Part shown: positions 12,382 to 24,799 of the stretch, piece by piece
Layout: each line of letters starts with the position of its first letter
How positions within the stretch are numbered: position 1 is the first letter of the stretch
DNA from: Mobula hypostoma
Taxonomy: Eukaryota
NCBI RefSeq assembly: GCF_963921235.1
Contig: NC_086115.1
Span: 66,528,001 to 66,592,000 of the forward strand
Reading direction: 5' to 3'
DNA length: 64,000 nucleotides
The notes under the pieces: generated by a model
Seen by the model: the letters and a program-made list of their open reading frames with translations, nothing else
What the model was told of the DNA's origin: nothing
Database searches by the model: none
Position numbers and translations under genes: made by a program

Positions 12382-13511
12382 TGCCATGGTCCGGTCCGTG
12401 AAGTCCTCATTCCGGTTCACGGACCGGTCCATCGATCCTTATTCCAGGTTTTCCAGCTTTCCCTTGCTCTGTCAGTGTCTTAATTGAGGCACATGATTCT
12501 CATTTTGGGTTGGCTACATAAACAGCTCCTGGGTTCAGCTTCAGTTGCTGGACTGCTCCCTTCCTTTCCCCTTCCTTCTGAAGCTTTGCCTTTGCCTTTG
12601 CCTTTGCCTTTGCCTTTGCCTTTGCCTTTGCCTTTGCCTTTGCCTTTGCCTTTGCCTGTATTCCTGTCAGGTTCTACCGCTGGAGTAAGACCGGAGCCTT
12701 GCTGTGTCTAGATAAGGAACTGTCTATTGTTGTTTGGAACTGTCTCTGAGTCTATGCCTTTGCTTGGTAGGTCCGGCCGTTTGCCACTACCTTGTGTTAA
12801 GAACCGTCCTTGTGTCCACGCCTTCGCTAGGTAGGTCTGGTCATTTGCCGCTACCCTGTGTTGGGAACCGTCTCTGTGTCCACGCCTTCACTAGGTAGGT
12901 CCGGCCGTTTGCCGCTGCCTTGTGTTGAGAACCGTCTTGTCGTGTTCAACATTCTGTGTATGCGTCCCGGCCCTTCGTCCTGTTCCCAAGGGGGAACTCC
13001 CGGCTCTGTGTTCTGCATTCCTGTCTCCCAAGATTACCAAGGCTCTGTGTTCTGTGTTCCTGTCTCCCAAAATTACCAAGGCTCTGTGTTCCAGTCTCCC
13101 AAGTCCAAGTCTTAGCTTCGTGTCCTCATCCAGTTCTGGTCCCGCGTCCTGCCCAGGAGTCCGGAGTCCTGCGTCCTGCCACCATGTCCAGTCCTGTTGC
13201 CTTGCCACGTCTTGTCCTTGCCTAGCTCCGGAGTCGGAGTCCGAGTCAAGACCCAGGTTCCGGGTCCCTGTCCAGTCTCTGGCTTGGAGTCCTTGTCCAG
13301 GTTCCAAGGTCCTTGTTCCTCGTTGAGGTCCCACTTTCCTAGTCTAGTCCTAGCCCAGACCCTGTATCCTAGTCTCGTCCAGGGCCTGTGTCTTGTCCAG
13401 CGTCATTTCTTCCCCACTCCCCTTGCTTTCTTGACACACCTAGTCCTGTTCCTTGTACTTCGGTGTCTGTGTCTTGCAGTTGGGTCCGCTCCCAGCACCT
13501 CCCTTATGACA
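12382..13511 (+). mobile_element. Solo LTR (Gypsy-like), 1130 bp
   Basis: TGccat...atgaCA termini; 5-bp TSD gtatt 12377-12381 / 13512-13516; TATA-like tacataaa at about 12515; internal direct repeats; CpG-rich. Orientation is tentative. Confidence 0.85.
12584..12655 (+). repeat. (CTTTGC)12 microsatellite inside the LTR
   Basis: Read directly from the sequence. Confidence 0.97.
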
Positions 13512-13579
13512 GTATTCTAGTGCTCAGTTTTCTGTATTTTCTCTCCATTTAGAAAATAGTCAACCTTTTCATTTCTTTG

Positions 13580-13668
13580 GAAACGTTGACTGTATCAAAT
13601 GTACTGTTTTCTATAGATGCTGCCAAGCCAGCTGAGTTCCTCCAGCATTTTGTGTGTGTTGCTTGGTT
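13580..13668 (+). mobile_element. PLE terminus beginning at the GAAAC of the hammerhead
   Basis: gaaacgttgactgt...tagatgctgcc...ccagcattttgtgtgtgttgcttgg. Confidence 0.75.
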
Positions 13669-14744
13669 TGATCATACGTGTTCCCATTGCCCTGCCATAT
13701 TAGTTTAAACCACTCCCAACAACTCTAGTAAACCTCCCTTCTTGAAGAGTGGAGTGACATTTGAAATTTTATAGTCCTCTAGAACCATGTCAGAATCTGA
13801 GGATTCTTAAAAGATCATCCACAATCTGTTCAGCCACCTCTTTCAGATCCCTGGGTGTAGTCTATCTGGTCCAGGTGACTTAGCTACCTTCAAACCTTTC
13901 AGCTTCCCAAGTACCTTCTCCCTAGTAATAGCAATTGCCCCCTGACATTGTCGAACTTCTGCCATATTGTTGGTGTCTTCCACAGTGAAAACTGATGCAA
14001 AATAATTATTCAGTGCATCCATCATTTCCTTATCCCACCCCCCCCATTACTACTTCCCCAGTGTAATTTTCTACTGGCCTGATATCTACTCTCACCTTTC
14101 TTCTACTCTTTATATATCAGAAAAAAAAGTTTAGTATCCTCTTTTCCCTCCTAATGGTTGTTTGGTTGTTTCATTGACTTCTGTTAGTTATTTAAAACTC
14201 CCCAATTCTCGAACTTCCCACTAATTTTTTCTCTATTAAATACGCTCCCTCTTTTGTTTTTATGTTGACTTTGACTTCCCTTGTCAGCCATGCTTGTGTA
14301 ATCCAGCCTTTAGAATACTTCTTCTTTAGGGTGTATGAATCCTCCATCTTCCAAATTGTTCCCAGAAATTTCAACCATTGCTGCTCTGCCATCATTCCAG
14401 CTAAGGTACTCTTCTAATCAACTTTGGTGAGCTCATCTTTCATGCCCCCAATTCCCTTTATTCCACTGTAATACTGATACATTTGACTTCAGTTTCTCCC
14501 TCTCACCATAGGCAGAGTGAATTCTATCATATTATTATCACTGGCTCCAAAGGTTTCCTTTACCTTAAGCTCCCTATTCAAATCTGGTTCATTGCACAAC
14601 ATCCAATCCAGAATTGTTGATCCTCTCGCGGGCTCATCAACAACGCAAACACGAGGAAATCTGCAGATGCTGGAAATTCAAGCAACACACGCAAAAAATG
14701 CTAGTGGAACGCAGCAGGCCAGACAGCATCTATAGGAAGAAGAA

Positions 14745-14782
14745 CAGTCGATGTTTTGGGCCGAGACCCTTCGTCAGGAATA
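14745..14782 (-). ncRNA. Hammerhead motif (decayed)
   Basis: Reverse complement reads tattc-CTGACGA-A-GGGTCTCGGCCC-aAAA-CATC-gactg. Confidence 0.7.
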
Positions 14783-15320
14783 ACTGAAAGAAGAGATAAT
14801 AAGAGATTTGAAAGTGGGAGGGGGAGATCTGAAATGATGGGAGAAGACAGGAGGGGGAGGGATGGAGCTAAGAGCTGGAAAGTTGATTGGCAAAGGGGAT
14901 ACAAGGTTGGAGAAGGGAGAGGATCATGGGACGGGAGGCCTAGGGAGAAAGAAAGGGGGAGGGGAGCCCAGAGGATGGGCAAGGCGTTATAGTGAGAGGG
15001 ACAGAGGGAGAAAAAAGAGAGAGAAAAAATTATATAATAAATAAATAGATAGATAAATAAATAAGGGATGGGGTACGAAGGGGAGGTGGGGCATTAACGG
15101 AAGTTAGAAAAGTCAGTGTTCATGCCATCAGTTTGGAGGCTACCCAGATGGAATACAAGGTGTTGTCCCATGATCCTCTCCGTTCTCCACCCTCATATCC
15201 CTTTTGCCAAACAACTTTCCAGCTCTTGGCTCCATCCCTCCCCCTCCTGTCTTCTCCTATCATTTTGGATCTCCCCCTCCCCCTCTCACTTTCAAATCTC
15301 TTACTATCTCTTCTTTCAGT

Positions 15321-15358
15321 TAGTCCTGACGAAGGGTCTCGGCCCGAAACATCGACTG
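15321..15358 (+). ncRNA. Hammerhead motif with intact core
   Basis: tagtc-CTGACGA-A-GGGTCTCGGCCC-GAAA-CATC-gactg; stem I tagtc/gactg; predicted cleavage after 15353. Confidence 0.8.
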
Positions 15359-16450
15359 TACCTCTTCCTATAGATGCTGCCTGGCCTGCTGCGTTCCCCC
15401 AGCATTTTGTGTGTGGGGCTCATCAACAAGCTGCTCTAATAAGTCATTTTGTCTGCATTCTACAAATTCTCTCTCAAGATCCAAAATCAACACCAACCTG
15501 ATTTTCCCAATCTACCTATATATTGAAATTTCCATGACTTCTGTAACATTTTGTCATGCATTTTTTAATGTCCCATTGTAATTTGTAGCCCATAACATAG
15601 CCACTGTTCAAAGGCCTGTGTCTAATTCCCGTCAGGGTCTTTGCACCCTCGCAGTTCCTTAACTCTACCCACAAGGATTCTATATCTTCCAATCCAATGT
15701 CACCTCTTTTGAAGGATTCGACTTCATTTTTTACCAACAGAACCATCCCATCCCTTCTGCCCATCTGCCTGTCCTTTCGATACAATGTGTATCCTTGCAT
15801 GTTAAGCTCCCAACTATGATCTTTCAACCTCGACCCACAAAATCATACTGCCTGTATTCATCACCCTTTTTGATTTTTGTCCCTATAATACACTGCATTT
15901 CATCCCACTGACTGCATTTTTGCCCTATTATCTGTTTGCCCTTCCTGTCTGTCTTGTTACACACTGCACCTACTTGTATACTGACTGTCTCATCCTCAGC
16001 CCTATCATTCTGGTTCCATTCCCATGCCAACTTAATTTAAACCCTCTGCACAGTTCTAGCAAACCTGCCCATAAAGATATTGGTCCCCCTTGGGTTCAGG
16101 TGTAATGTGGCCTTTTTTGTACAAGTTATACCTTCCCCAGAAGGAGTTCCAATGATGTTTTATTCTTATCCAGAATAAAGTTCTTCTTTACCTTTGACTG
16201 TCACTGAACACTGTGGTGTACAATAATAAATTACACAACAATTCACCAGCACCCCAACATCTCAGTATAAAAATTGAGAGCAATTGAGCAGAATCAATTT
16301 AAAATGTAAGTGTGAAGTGTGGAAATCATAAACAAAATGAATGTGTTGACAGTCAGTCTTGAATAATAGGAAAGGAATGAAAAGAAAAGATGATGATGAA
16401 ATAAATATTCAGCAGGAGTTCAATTGTTTTAAATTCCAGTCACAGCAAAC

Positions 16451-16496
16451 CTGCTCCTGTTTGCTCACAATTATTTCTCAAAGGTTGGTTTATTTT
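16451..16496 (-). CDS. Candidate host-gene exon C (46 nt)
   Basis: ttaacagccttttcag|AAAATA...GAGCAG|gtttgc; reads KINQPLRNNCEQTGA, phase 0 to 1. Confidence 0.45.
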
Positions 16497-16756
16497 CTGA
16501 AAAGGCTGTTAATCAGAATCCGTTGAGCAGCACATGATGAAGGTTTGTTGTCAGGTCCCTCCAGTGTTTGTAGATTCATTAGAAACAGAGATAGTTTGTA
16601 TTCATGAAAAGGAGGACAGATATCAGTAAAGGTACAGCAATACTCCATATTTATTAATGTGTGTGATTAGTGGAGTGTACAGATTTGACCGTGAAATAGA
16701 AATAGTCAACTGAATCCTAGAGTGCGGAGCCAATTAATGGAAACAAATATAACACT

Positions 16757-19530
16757 TGAACTCTCCATTGAGGTTAGATGAAACTAGATCTAGAGGTCAT
16801 GGGTTAAGGGGGAAAGGTGAAATGTTCAAGGGATATATGAGGGGCAACTTCTTCACTCCGAGGGTGGTGAGAGTGTGGAATGAGCTGCCAGCTGGTGTGA
16901 ATTCGTAAGACATTCCCTCAATAATGAGTATACTGCTTTGGATACTGTTATGGGGGATAACCTCCCAGAGAATGCGATAGAGACCAAGTTACTGGCACTG
17001 AGCATGGGTCCATGATGCAGAAAGGAAAGGGGGAGAAGCGGGGAGGAGTAGTGATAGGAAGTGATCGGGATACCAGGAGGGTATGTTGCTTCCCAGGTAC
17101 TAGGGTCAGGGATGTCTCATGTCGTATCCACAGTGTTTTGAAGGGGAAGGGAGAGAGGCCAGGTGGCTTGGTACATACTGGTACCAATAACATAGGAAAG
17201 ACGAGCAATGAGATTCTGAAGAGAGAATTTAGAGAGTTAGGCAGAAAACTGAGAAGCAGGACATCCAGTCTAGTAATTTCTGGATTGCTATCTGTGCCAC
17301 ACACCAGTGAGGGAAGAAGCAGGATGATTTGGCAAACAAATGCTGGGTGAGAAGCTGGTACAGGGAGCAGGCAGGTTTATGGCTCACTGGGACCTCTTCT
17401 GGGGGACCTGACCTGTACAAAAGGGACGAGTTGCACCTGAACCAGAGCGGAATCAATATTCCTGTGGGCAGGTTTGTAAGGGCTGTTGGGGAGAGCTTAA
17501 ATTAATTTGGCAGGGGGGTGGGAACTAAAGTGAAGGGTCTCAGGATAGGACGATGGTTAAAAAAAACAAAGCTAGCTTGCAGTCAGACTGTCTAGAAGGA
17601 GGCAGATAATAAGACAAAATTTCAGCCCTCAGGGTGAGTATCAGTGCAATAGGGATACAGAGTGAAAAAAGGAATAAACAAATGCAGCTCTCAAAGTGTT
17701 ATATCTCAATGCAGGGAGTATAAAAAATAAGGTGGATGATCTTGTTGCACTTTTACAGATTGTCAGGTATGATGTTGTGGCCATCACTGAATCATGGCTG
17801 AAGGATGGTTGTAGTTGGCAGCTGAATGTCCAAGATTACGTGTTGTATTGGAGAGATAGGAGGGGGTGGCAAGACTCTGCTGGTAAAGAATGGCTTTAAA
17901 TCATTAGAAAGATGTAACATAGGATCGGAGGATGTTGAATCCTTATGGGTTGAGTTAAGAAACTACAAGGGTAAAAGGACCCTGATAGCAGTTATATACA
18001 GGCCTCCAAACAATAGCTGGGAAGTGGACTACAGATTACGATGGGATATAGAAAAGGCATGTCAAAAGGGCAATGTTATGACAGTAATGGGAGACTTTAA
18101 CATAAAGGTAGATTGGGAAAATCAGGTTGGTAATGGATCTCAAGAGAATGAGTTTATTGAATGCCTATGAGATGGCTTTTTAGAGCAGTTTGTCATTTAG
18201 CCTACTAGGATATCAGCTATACTGGAGTGGGTATTCTGTAATGAACTGGAGGCAATTAGGGAGCTTCAGGTAAAGGAACACTTGGGAAGCAGTGAGTACA
18301 ATATTCAACTTGAAACTAGACAGGGACATGGAACACAGAACATAATGATCTACAGCACATTACAGGCCCTTCGGCCCACAATGTAGTGCCCACTGGGAGA
18401 AAGTAAAGTCTGATGTAGCAGTATTTCAGCGGAGTAAAGGAAATTACAGTGGTATGAAAGAGGAGTGGCCAAAGTAAATTGGAAGGAGATGCTGGCAGGA
18501 TGACAGCAGAACAGCATGGCGTGAGTTTCTGGGGAAAAGGAGGAAGGTGCGGAATAGAGGCATTCCAAAAGTGAAGAAATACTCAAATGTCAAAATAGCA
18601 TAACAAGGGAAGTCAAAGCTAGTGTAAAAACAAAAGAGAGGGCATACAACAAAGCAAAAATTAGCAGGAAGAAAGAGGTTTGGGAAGCATTTAAAACCTA
18701 CAGAAAGCAAATTAAAGAATCATTAGAAGGGAAAAGATGAAATATGAAATCAAGCTTGCAAACAATATCAAGGTGGATAAAAAAAGTTTTTTCAAGCATA
18801 TAATAAATAAGAGAGAGTTGAGAGTGGATATAGGACTGCTAGAAAATGTGGCGAGAAATAATAATGGGGGGCAAGGAGATGGCAGATGAACTAAATAAGT
18901 ATTTTACATCCATCCTCACTGTAGAAGGCACTAGCAATGTGTCAGGTGTTGAACGGTATGAGGGAAGAGAAGTGGGTGCAGTTACTATTACAAGAGAGAA
19001 GGTGCTCAAAAAGCTGAAAGACCTAATGGTGCATAAGTCACCTGGACCAGATGAACTGCATTCTAAGTTTTGAAAGAAGTAGCGGTAGAGATTGTGGAGG
19101 CATTAGTAATGATCTCCCAGGAATCATTGGACTCTGGCATAGTTCCTGAAGACTGGGAAATTGCAGATGTCACTCCCCACTCTTTAAGAATGGAGGGAGG
19201 CAGCAAAAAGGAAATTATAGACCAGTGAGCCTGACCTCAGTGGTTGGGAGGATATCAGAGTCAATTGCTGAGGATAAGGTTATGGAGTATTTGGTGACAA
19301 AGGACAAGATAAGACAAAGTCAGCCTGGTTTCCTGAAGGAAAATCATGCCTGATGAACCTGTTGGAATTCTTTGAGGGGATTACAAGAAGGATAGATAAA
19401 CTGGATGCAGTGGATGTTGTATATTTGGATTTTCAGAAGACTGAGGAGGGGGAAAATAAAGGATCAGGCATGATGTAATGGTGGAGCAGAGTTGATGGGC
19501 CAGTGGCTTAACTCTGCTCCTATGTCTTAT
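16757..19530 (+). mobile_element. Degenerate CR1 mosaic (3' fragment; ORF1 esterase, EN, RT 5' half; 3' tail)
   Basis: ORFs 17012..17350 (LVHTGTNNIGK), 17696..17899, 17826..18170 and 18846..19073. Confidence 0.88.
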
Positions 19531-19534
19531 AATA

Positions 19535-20860
19535 AAGCTGCAGAATTAGGCATTTCACCCATCGCGTCTGCTCCACCATTTCGCCCGTCGAGTCTGCTCC
19601 ACCATTTCGTCATGGCTGATCTAATTTTCCTCTCAGCCTTATCTCCTAACTTCTCGTCGTATCTCTCCATTCCCTGACCAATCACAAATCTCTGAACCTC
19701 TACCGTAAATATACAGAAAGACATTGCCTCCACAGCTGCCTTCGACAAAGAATTCCTCAGATTCTCCAATCTCTTTCTAAAGAAATTCCTCCTCTTTTCC
19801 TTTCTAAAAGGATGCTCCGCTGTTCTGAGGCTGTGTCCTCTGATCTTACACTTTTCCACCATAGGAAACATCCTCTCCACATCCACTCTATCAAGGCCTT
19901 TCACGGTTTGATAGATTTCAATGAGGTCACCCCACATTCTTCTAAATTCTAATAAGTACAGGCCCTGAACCACCAAACACTCTTCATATGACAAGCCATT
20001 CAATCCTGAAATCATTTTCATGAACATCCTTTGAACACTGTCCAATTTCAACACACCCTTCAGATGATGAACCCCAGAACTGCTCACAATACTCCAAACG
20101 AGGCCTCATCGATGCTTTATAATGTCTGAACATTATATATTTGCTCTTATATTCTAGTCCTCTTGAAGTGAATGCTAAGATTGCATTTGCCTTCCTCATT
20201 ACAGCCTCAACCTGCAAGTTAACACTTAGGGAACTCTGCACAAAGATTCCCAAGTCTCTTTGCACCTCAGTTTTTTATATTTTCTCTCCTTCTAGGAAAT
20301 AGTCAACCTTTTCATTTCTTCTACTAAAGTCAAGTCAATAGATGCCCCGACATTGTATTCCATCTGTCATTTCTTTGCACATTCTTCAAATCTGTCTAAT
20401 CCTTCTGTAGCCTCTTTACCTCAAAACTAACTGCCCCACCACTTATCTTCAGCAAACTTTGCAACAAAGCCATCAATTCCATCATCTAAATCATTGACAT
20501 ATATGTAAAAAAAATCAGTCCTGACCCAGACCCCTGTGGAATATCATTAATCAACGGCAGCAAGCTAAAGAACAAAGCTCTCTTTATTCCCACTCTTTGC
20601 CTCCTGCCAATCAGCCACTGCTTTATCCCTGCCAGAATCTTTCCTGTAATACCATGTGCTCGTAGCTTGTTAAGCGCCTCATGTGCAGCACCTTGTCAAA
20701 AGCCTTCTGAAAATCCAAGTTCACAACATTAACCAATTCTCCTTTATCTATCATGCTTGTTTTTTCTTCAAAGAATTCCAACAGATTTGTCAGGCAAGAT
20801 TTTCCCTTGAGGAAACCATGCTGGCTATAGCCTATTTTATCATGTGCCTCAATATACCAT
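19535..20860 (-). mobile_element. CR1 RT and 3' end
   Basis: ORFs 19527..20087, 19984..20265 and 20623..20919 (QHGFLKGKSCLTNLLEFF). Confidence 0.88.
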
Positions 20861-21965
20861 GCGATCAAAAGGGCAAAGAATGCATGACTGAAGGTGTTGC
20901 ATTTAAAAGCACATAACATGCAGAATAAGGTGGAAGATCACATGGCGCAATTAGAGATTGGTCAGTTTGGTCGGTATGACATTGTGGACCTTAATGAGTG
21001 ATGGCTGGAAGAAGGCCATAGTTGGGAACTTAACATCAAAGGGTATACTTTGTATCGAAAGGACAGGCAGGAAGGCATGTCTCTGTTGGTAAGAGATGGA
21101 ATTACATCTTTATAAAGAGGTGGCATAGGGCCAGAGAATGTTGAATCTTTGTGGGTGGAGTTAAGAAACTGTAAAGGTAAAAAAAAACATTATGGAAGTC
21201 ATATATAGGCCTCCAAATAGTTGCCAAGATGTGGGGCTGAGATTGCAAAGGGAGCTGGAAAAGGCATGTAATAAGGGTAATGACACAATTGTAATGGGGG
21301 ACTTCAAAATGCAAGGGAATTGGGAAAATCAGGTTGGCGTCAGATCACAAGAGAGGGAGTTTGTTGAATGCCTATGAGATTACCTTTTAGAGCAGCTTGT
21401 GCTTGAGCCTGCTCAGGGAAAGGCTATCTTAGATTGGGTGTTGTGTAATAACCCAGATCTTATTAGGGAGCGTAACATAAAAGAACCCTCGGGAGGCAGT
21501 GATCATAATATGATTGAATTCATACTGCAGTTTGAGAGGGAGAAACAAAAGTCACATGTATCAGTATCACAATGGAATATAGGGAATTACAGAGGCACGA
21601 GAGAAGATCTTGCGCATGTGGATTGGAGGAGATACTAGTGGGGATGACGGCAGAACAGGGGAGGCTGAAGTTTCTGGGAATAGTTCACAAGGTGCAGGAT
21701 AGATATGCCCCACAGAGGAAGAAGTTCTCAAATAGCAGGGGTAGGCAACCGTGGCTGACAAGGGAAGTTAAGGACCCCATAAATGCCAAGAAAAGGGCAC
21801 ATAAGACAGCCAAAGTGAGTGGAAAGTTGGCTGATTGGGAAGCTTTTAAAATCCAACAAAAGGCAACTACAAAAGCTATAAAAATGGAAAAGATGAAATA
21901 TGAGGACAAACCAGCCAATAATATAAAGCAGGATACCAAAACATTTTTCAGTTATATAAAGAGTA
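20860..21965 (+). mobile_element. CR1 EN/linker fragment
   Basis: ORFs 21192..21377 (YRPPNS, GDF) and 21399..21638 (GSDHN). Confidence 0.88.
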
Positions 21966-22023
21966 ACTGCCCATCCACCAATCTTCATATCATCTGCAAA
22001 CTTGGCAACAAAACCATCTACTA

Positions 22024-24341
22024 TGTGGAGAGGCCGACTAGGGGGAATGCCACACTAGATCTAGTATTAGGTAATGAACCGGGTCAGGTCACAGATTTCT
22101 CAGTGGGTGAGCATCTGGGGGACAGTGACCACCACTCCCTGGCCTTTAGCATTATCATGGAAAAGGATAGAATCAGAGAGGACAGGAAAATTTTTAATTG
22201 GGAAAGGGCAAATTATGAGGCTATAAGGCTAGAACTTGCGGGTGTGAATTGGGATGATGTTTTTGCAGGGAAGTGTACTATGGACATGTGGTCGATGTTT
22301 AGAGATCTCTTGCGGGATGTTAGGGATAAATTTGTCCCGGTGAGGAAGATAAAGAATGGGAGGGTGAAGGAACCATGGGTGACAAGTGAGGTGGAAAATC
22401 TAGTCAGGTGGAAGAAGGCAGCATACATGAGGTTTAGGAAGCAAGGATCAGATGGGTCTATTGAGGAATATAGGGAAGCAAGAAAAGAGCTTAAGAAGGG
22501 GCTGAGGAGAGCAAGAAGGGGGCATGAGGAGGCCTTGGCGAGTAGGGTAAAGGAAAACCCCAAGGCATTCTTCAATTATGTGAAGAACAAAAGGATGACA
22601 GGAGTGAAGGTAGGACCGATTAGAGATAAAGGTGGGAAGGTGTGCCTGGAGGCTGTGGAAGTGAGCGAGGTCCTCAATGAATACTTCTCTTCAGTATTCA
22701 CTAATGAGAGGGAACTTGATGACGGTGAGGACGATATGAGTGAGGTTGATGTTCTGGAGCATGTTGATATTAAGGGAGAGGAGGAGTTGTTAAAATACAT
22801 TAGGACAGATAAGTCCCCGGGGACTGATGGAATATTCCCCAGGCTGCTCCACGAGGCAAGGGAAGAGATTGCTGAGCTTCTGGCTAGGATCTTAATGTCC
22901 TCGTTGTCCCTGGGAATGATACCGGAGGATTGGAGGGAGGCGAATGTTGTCCCCTTGTTCAAAAAAGGTAGTAGGGATAGTCCGGGTAATTATAGACCAG
23001 TGAGCCTTACGTCTGTGGTAGGAAAGCTGTTGGAAAAGATTCTTAGAGATAGGATCTATGGGCATTTAGAGAATCGTGGTCTGATCAGGGACAGTCAACA
23101 TAGCTTTGTGAAGGGCAGATCGTGTCTAACAAGCCTGATAGAGTTCTTTGAGGAGGTGACCAGGCATGTACATGAGGGTAGTGCAGAGTATGTGATCTAT
23201 ATGGATTTTAGTAAGGCATTTGACAAGGTTCCACACGGTAGGCTTATTCAGAAAGTCAGAAGGCATGGGACCCAGTGAAATTTGGCCAGGTGGATTCAGA
23301 ATTGGCTTGCCTGCAGAAGGCAGAGGGTCGTGGTGGAGGGAGTACATTCAGATTGGAGGATTGTGACTAGTGGTGTCCCGCAAGGATCTGTTCTGGGACC
23401 TCTACTTTTCGTGATTTTTATTAACTACCTGGATGTGGGGGTAGAAGGGTGGGTTGGCAAGTTTGGAGATGACACAAAGGTTGGTGGTGTTGTAGATAGT
23501 GTAGAGGATTGTCGAAGATTTCAGAGAGACATTGATAGGATGCAGAAGTGGGCTGAGAAGTGGCAGATGGAGTTCAACCTGGAGAAGTGTGAGGTGGTAC
23601 ACTTTGGAAGGACAAACTCATAGCAGAGTACAAAGTAAATGGCAGGATACTTGGTAGTGTGGAGGAGCAGAGGGATCTGGGGGTACATGTCCACAGATCC
23701 CTGAAAGTTGCCTCACAGGTGGATAGGGTAGTTAAGAAAGCTTATGGGTTGTTAGCTTTCATATGTTGAAGGGTAGAGTTTAAGAGTCACAGGGTAATGA
23801 TGCAGCTCTATAAAACTCTGGTTAGGCCACACTTGGAGTACTGTGTCCAGTTCTGGTCGCCTCACTATAGGAAGGATGTGGAAGCACTGGAAAGAGTACA
23901 GAGGAGATTTACCAGGATAGAGCGTATGGATTATGATCAGAGATTAAGGGAGCTAGGGCTTTACTCTTTGGAGAGGAGGAGGATGAGAGGAGACATGATA
24001 GAGGTGTACAAGATAATAAGAGGAATAGATAGAGTGGATAGCCATCGCCTCTTCCCCAGGGCACCACTGCTCAATACAAGAGGACATGGCTTTAAGGTAA
24101 GGGGTGGGAAGTTCAAGGGGGATATTAGAGGAAGGTTTTTTACTCAGAGTGGAATGCACTGCCTGAGTCAGTGGTGGAGGCAGATACACTAGTGAAATTT
24201 AAGAGACTACTAGACAGGTATATGGAGGAATTTAAGGTCGGGGGTGTGGGTTAAATGGGAGGCAGGGTTTGAGGGTCGGCACAACATTGTGGGCTGAAGG
24301 GCCTGTACTGTGCTGTACTATTCTATGTAATATGTCCTATG
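22024..24341 (+). mobile_element. Young 5'-truncated CR1 inserted into a minus-strand CR1 (21966-22023 plus 24342-24800)
   Basis: YVERPTRGNATLDLVL onward, RT motifs and 3' tail; the host reads ccatctact...actccatcatc across the insertion (tact duplicated). Confidence 0.92.
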
Positions 24342-24799
24342 TACTCCATCATCTAAATCATTAATATTCAGCATAAAAAGAAGCGGCCCCCAAAACCAAA
24401 CCCTGTGAAACACCACTAGTTACTGCAGCCAACCAGAATAGACCCTTTTATTCCCACTTGCTGCCTCCTACCAATCAGCCAATGCTCTAACCATGCCAGT
24501 AACTTCCCTGTAATGCCATGGGCTCTTAATTTGGTAAGTGGCCTAGTGTGTGGCACCTTGTCAAAGCCTTCTGAAAGTCCATATATACAACATCCACTGC
24601 ATCCCCTTTATCTATCCTACTTGTAATCTTCTCAAAGAACTCCAACAGGTTCTTCAGGTATGAATTTCCCTTAAGGAAACCATGCTGACTTTGTCCTATC
24701 TTGTCCTGTGTCACCAAATACTCCATAATCTTATCCTTAACAATTGACTCCAACATTTTCCCAACAACTGAGGTCAGGCTAATTGGTCTATAATTTCCG

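Larger units (their letters stand above)
12000..13580 (-). mobile_element. CR1 RT C-terminal fragment hosting the LTR
   Basis: ORF 11984..12280 (VQRRFTKMIPGL...RRMRGDLIE); the host sequence resumes at 13512. Confidence 0.85.
14644..15415. mobile_element. PLE insertion with inverted terminal duplication and 14-bp TSD
   Basis: Perfect TSD gggctcatcaacaa 14630-14643 / 15416-15429; minus arm 14644-15168 encodes QHLVFHLGSLQTDGMNTDFSNFR*; plus arm 15169-15415 repeats the UTR. Confidence 0.9.
13670..16160 (-). mobile_element. Degenerate CR1 fragments (ORF1 end, EN, linker)
   Basis: ORFs 13843..14025, 14192..14395 and 15516..15827 match the EN/linker of other copies. Confidence 0.85.

Noticed and set aside
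12858..13520. Overlapping ORFs of 85-147 aa as genes
   Set aside because: Low-complexity products of GC-rich repeats inside an LTR.
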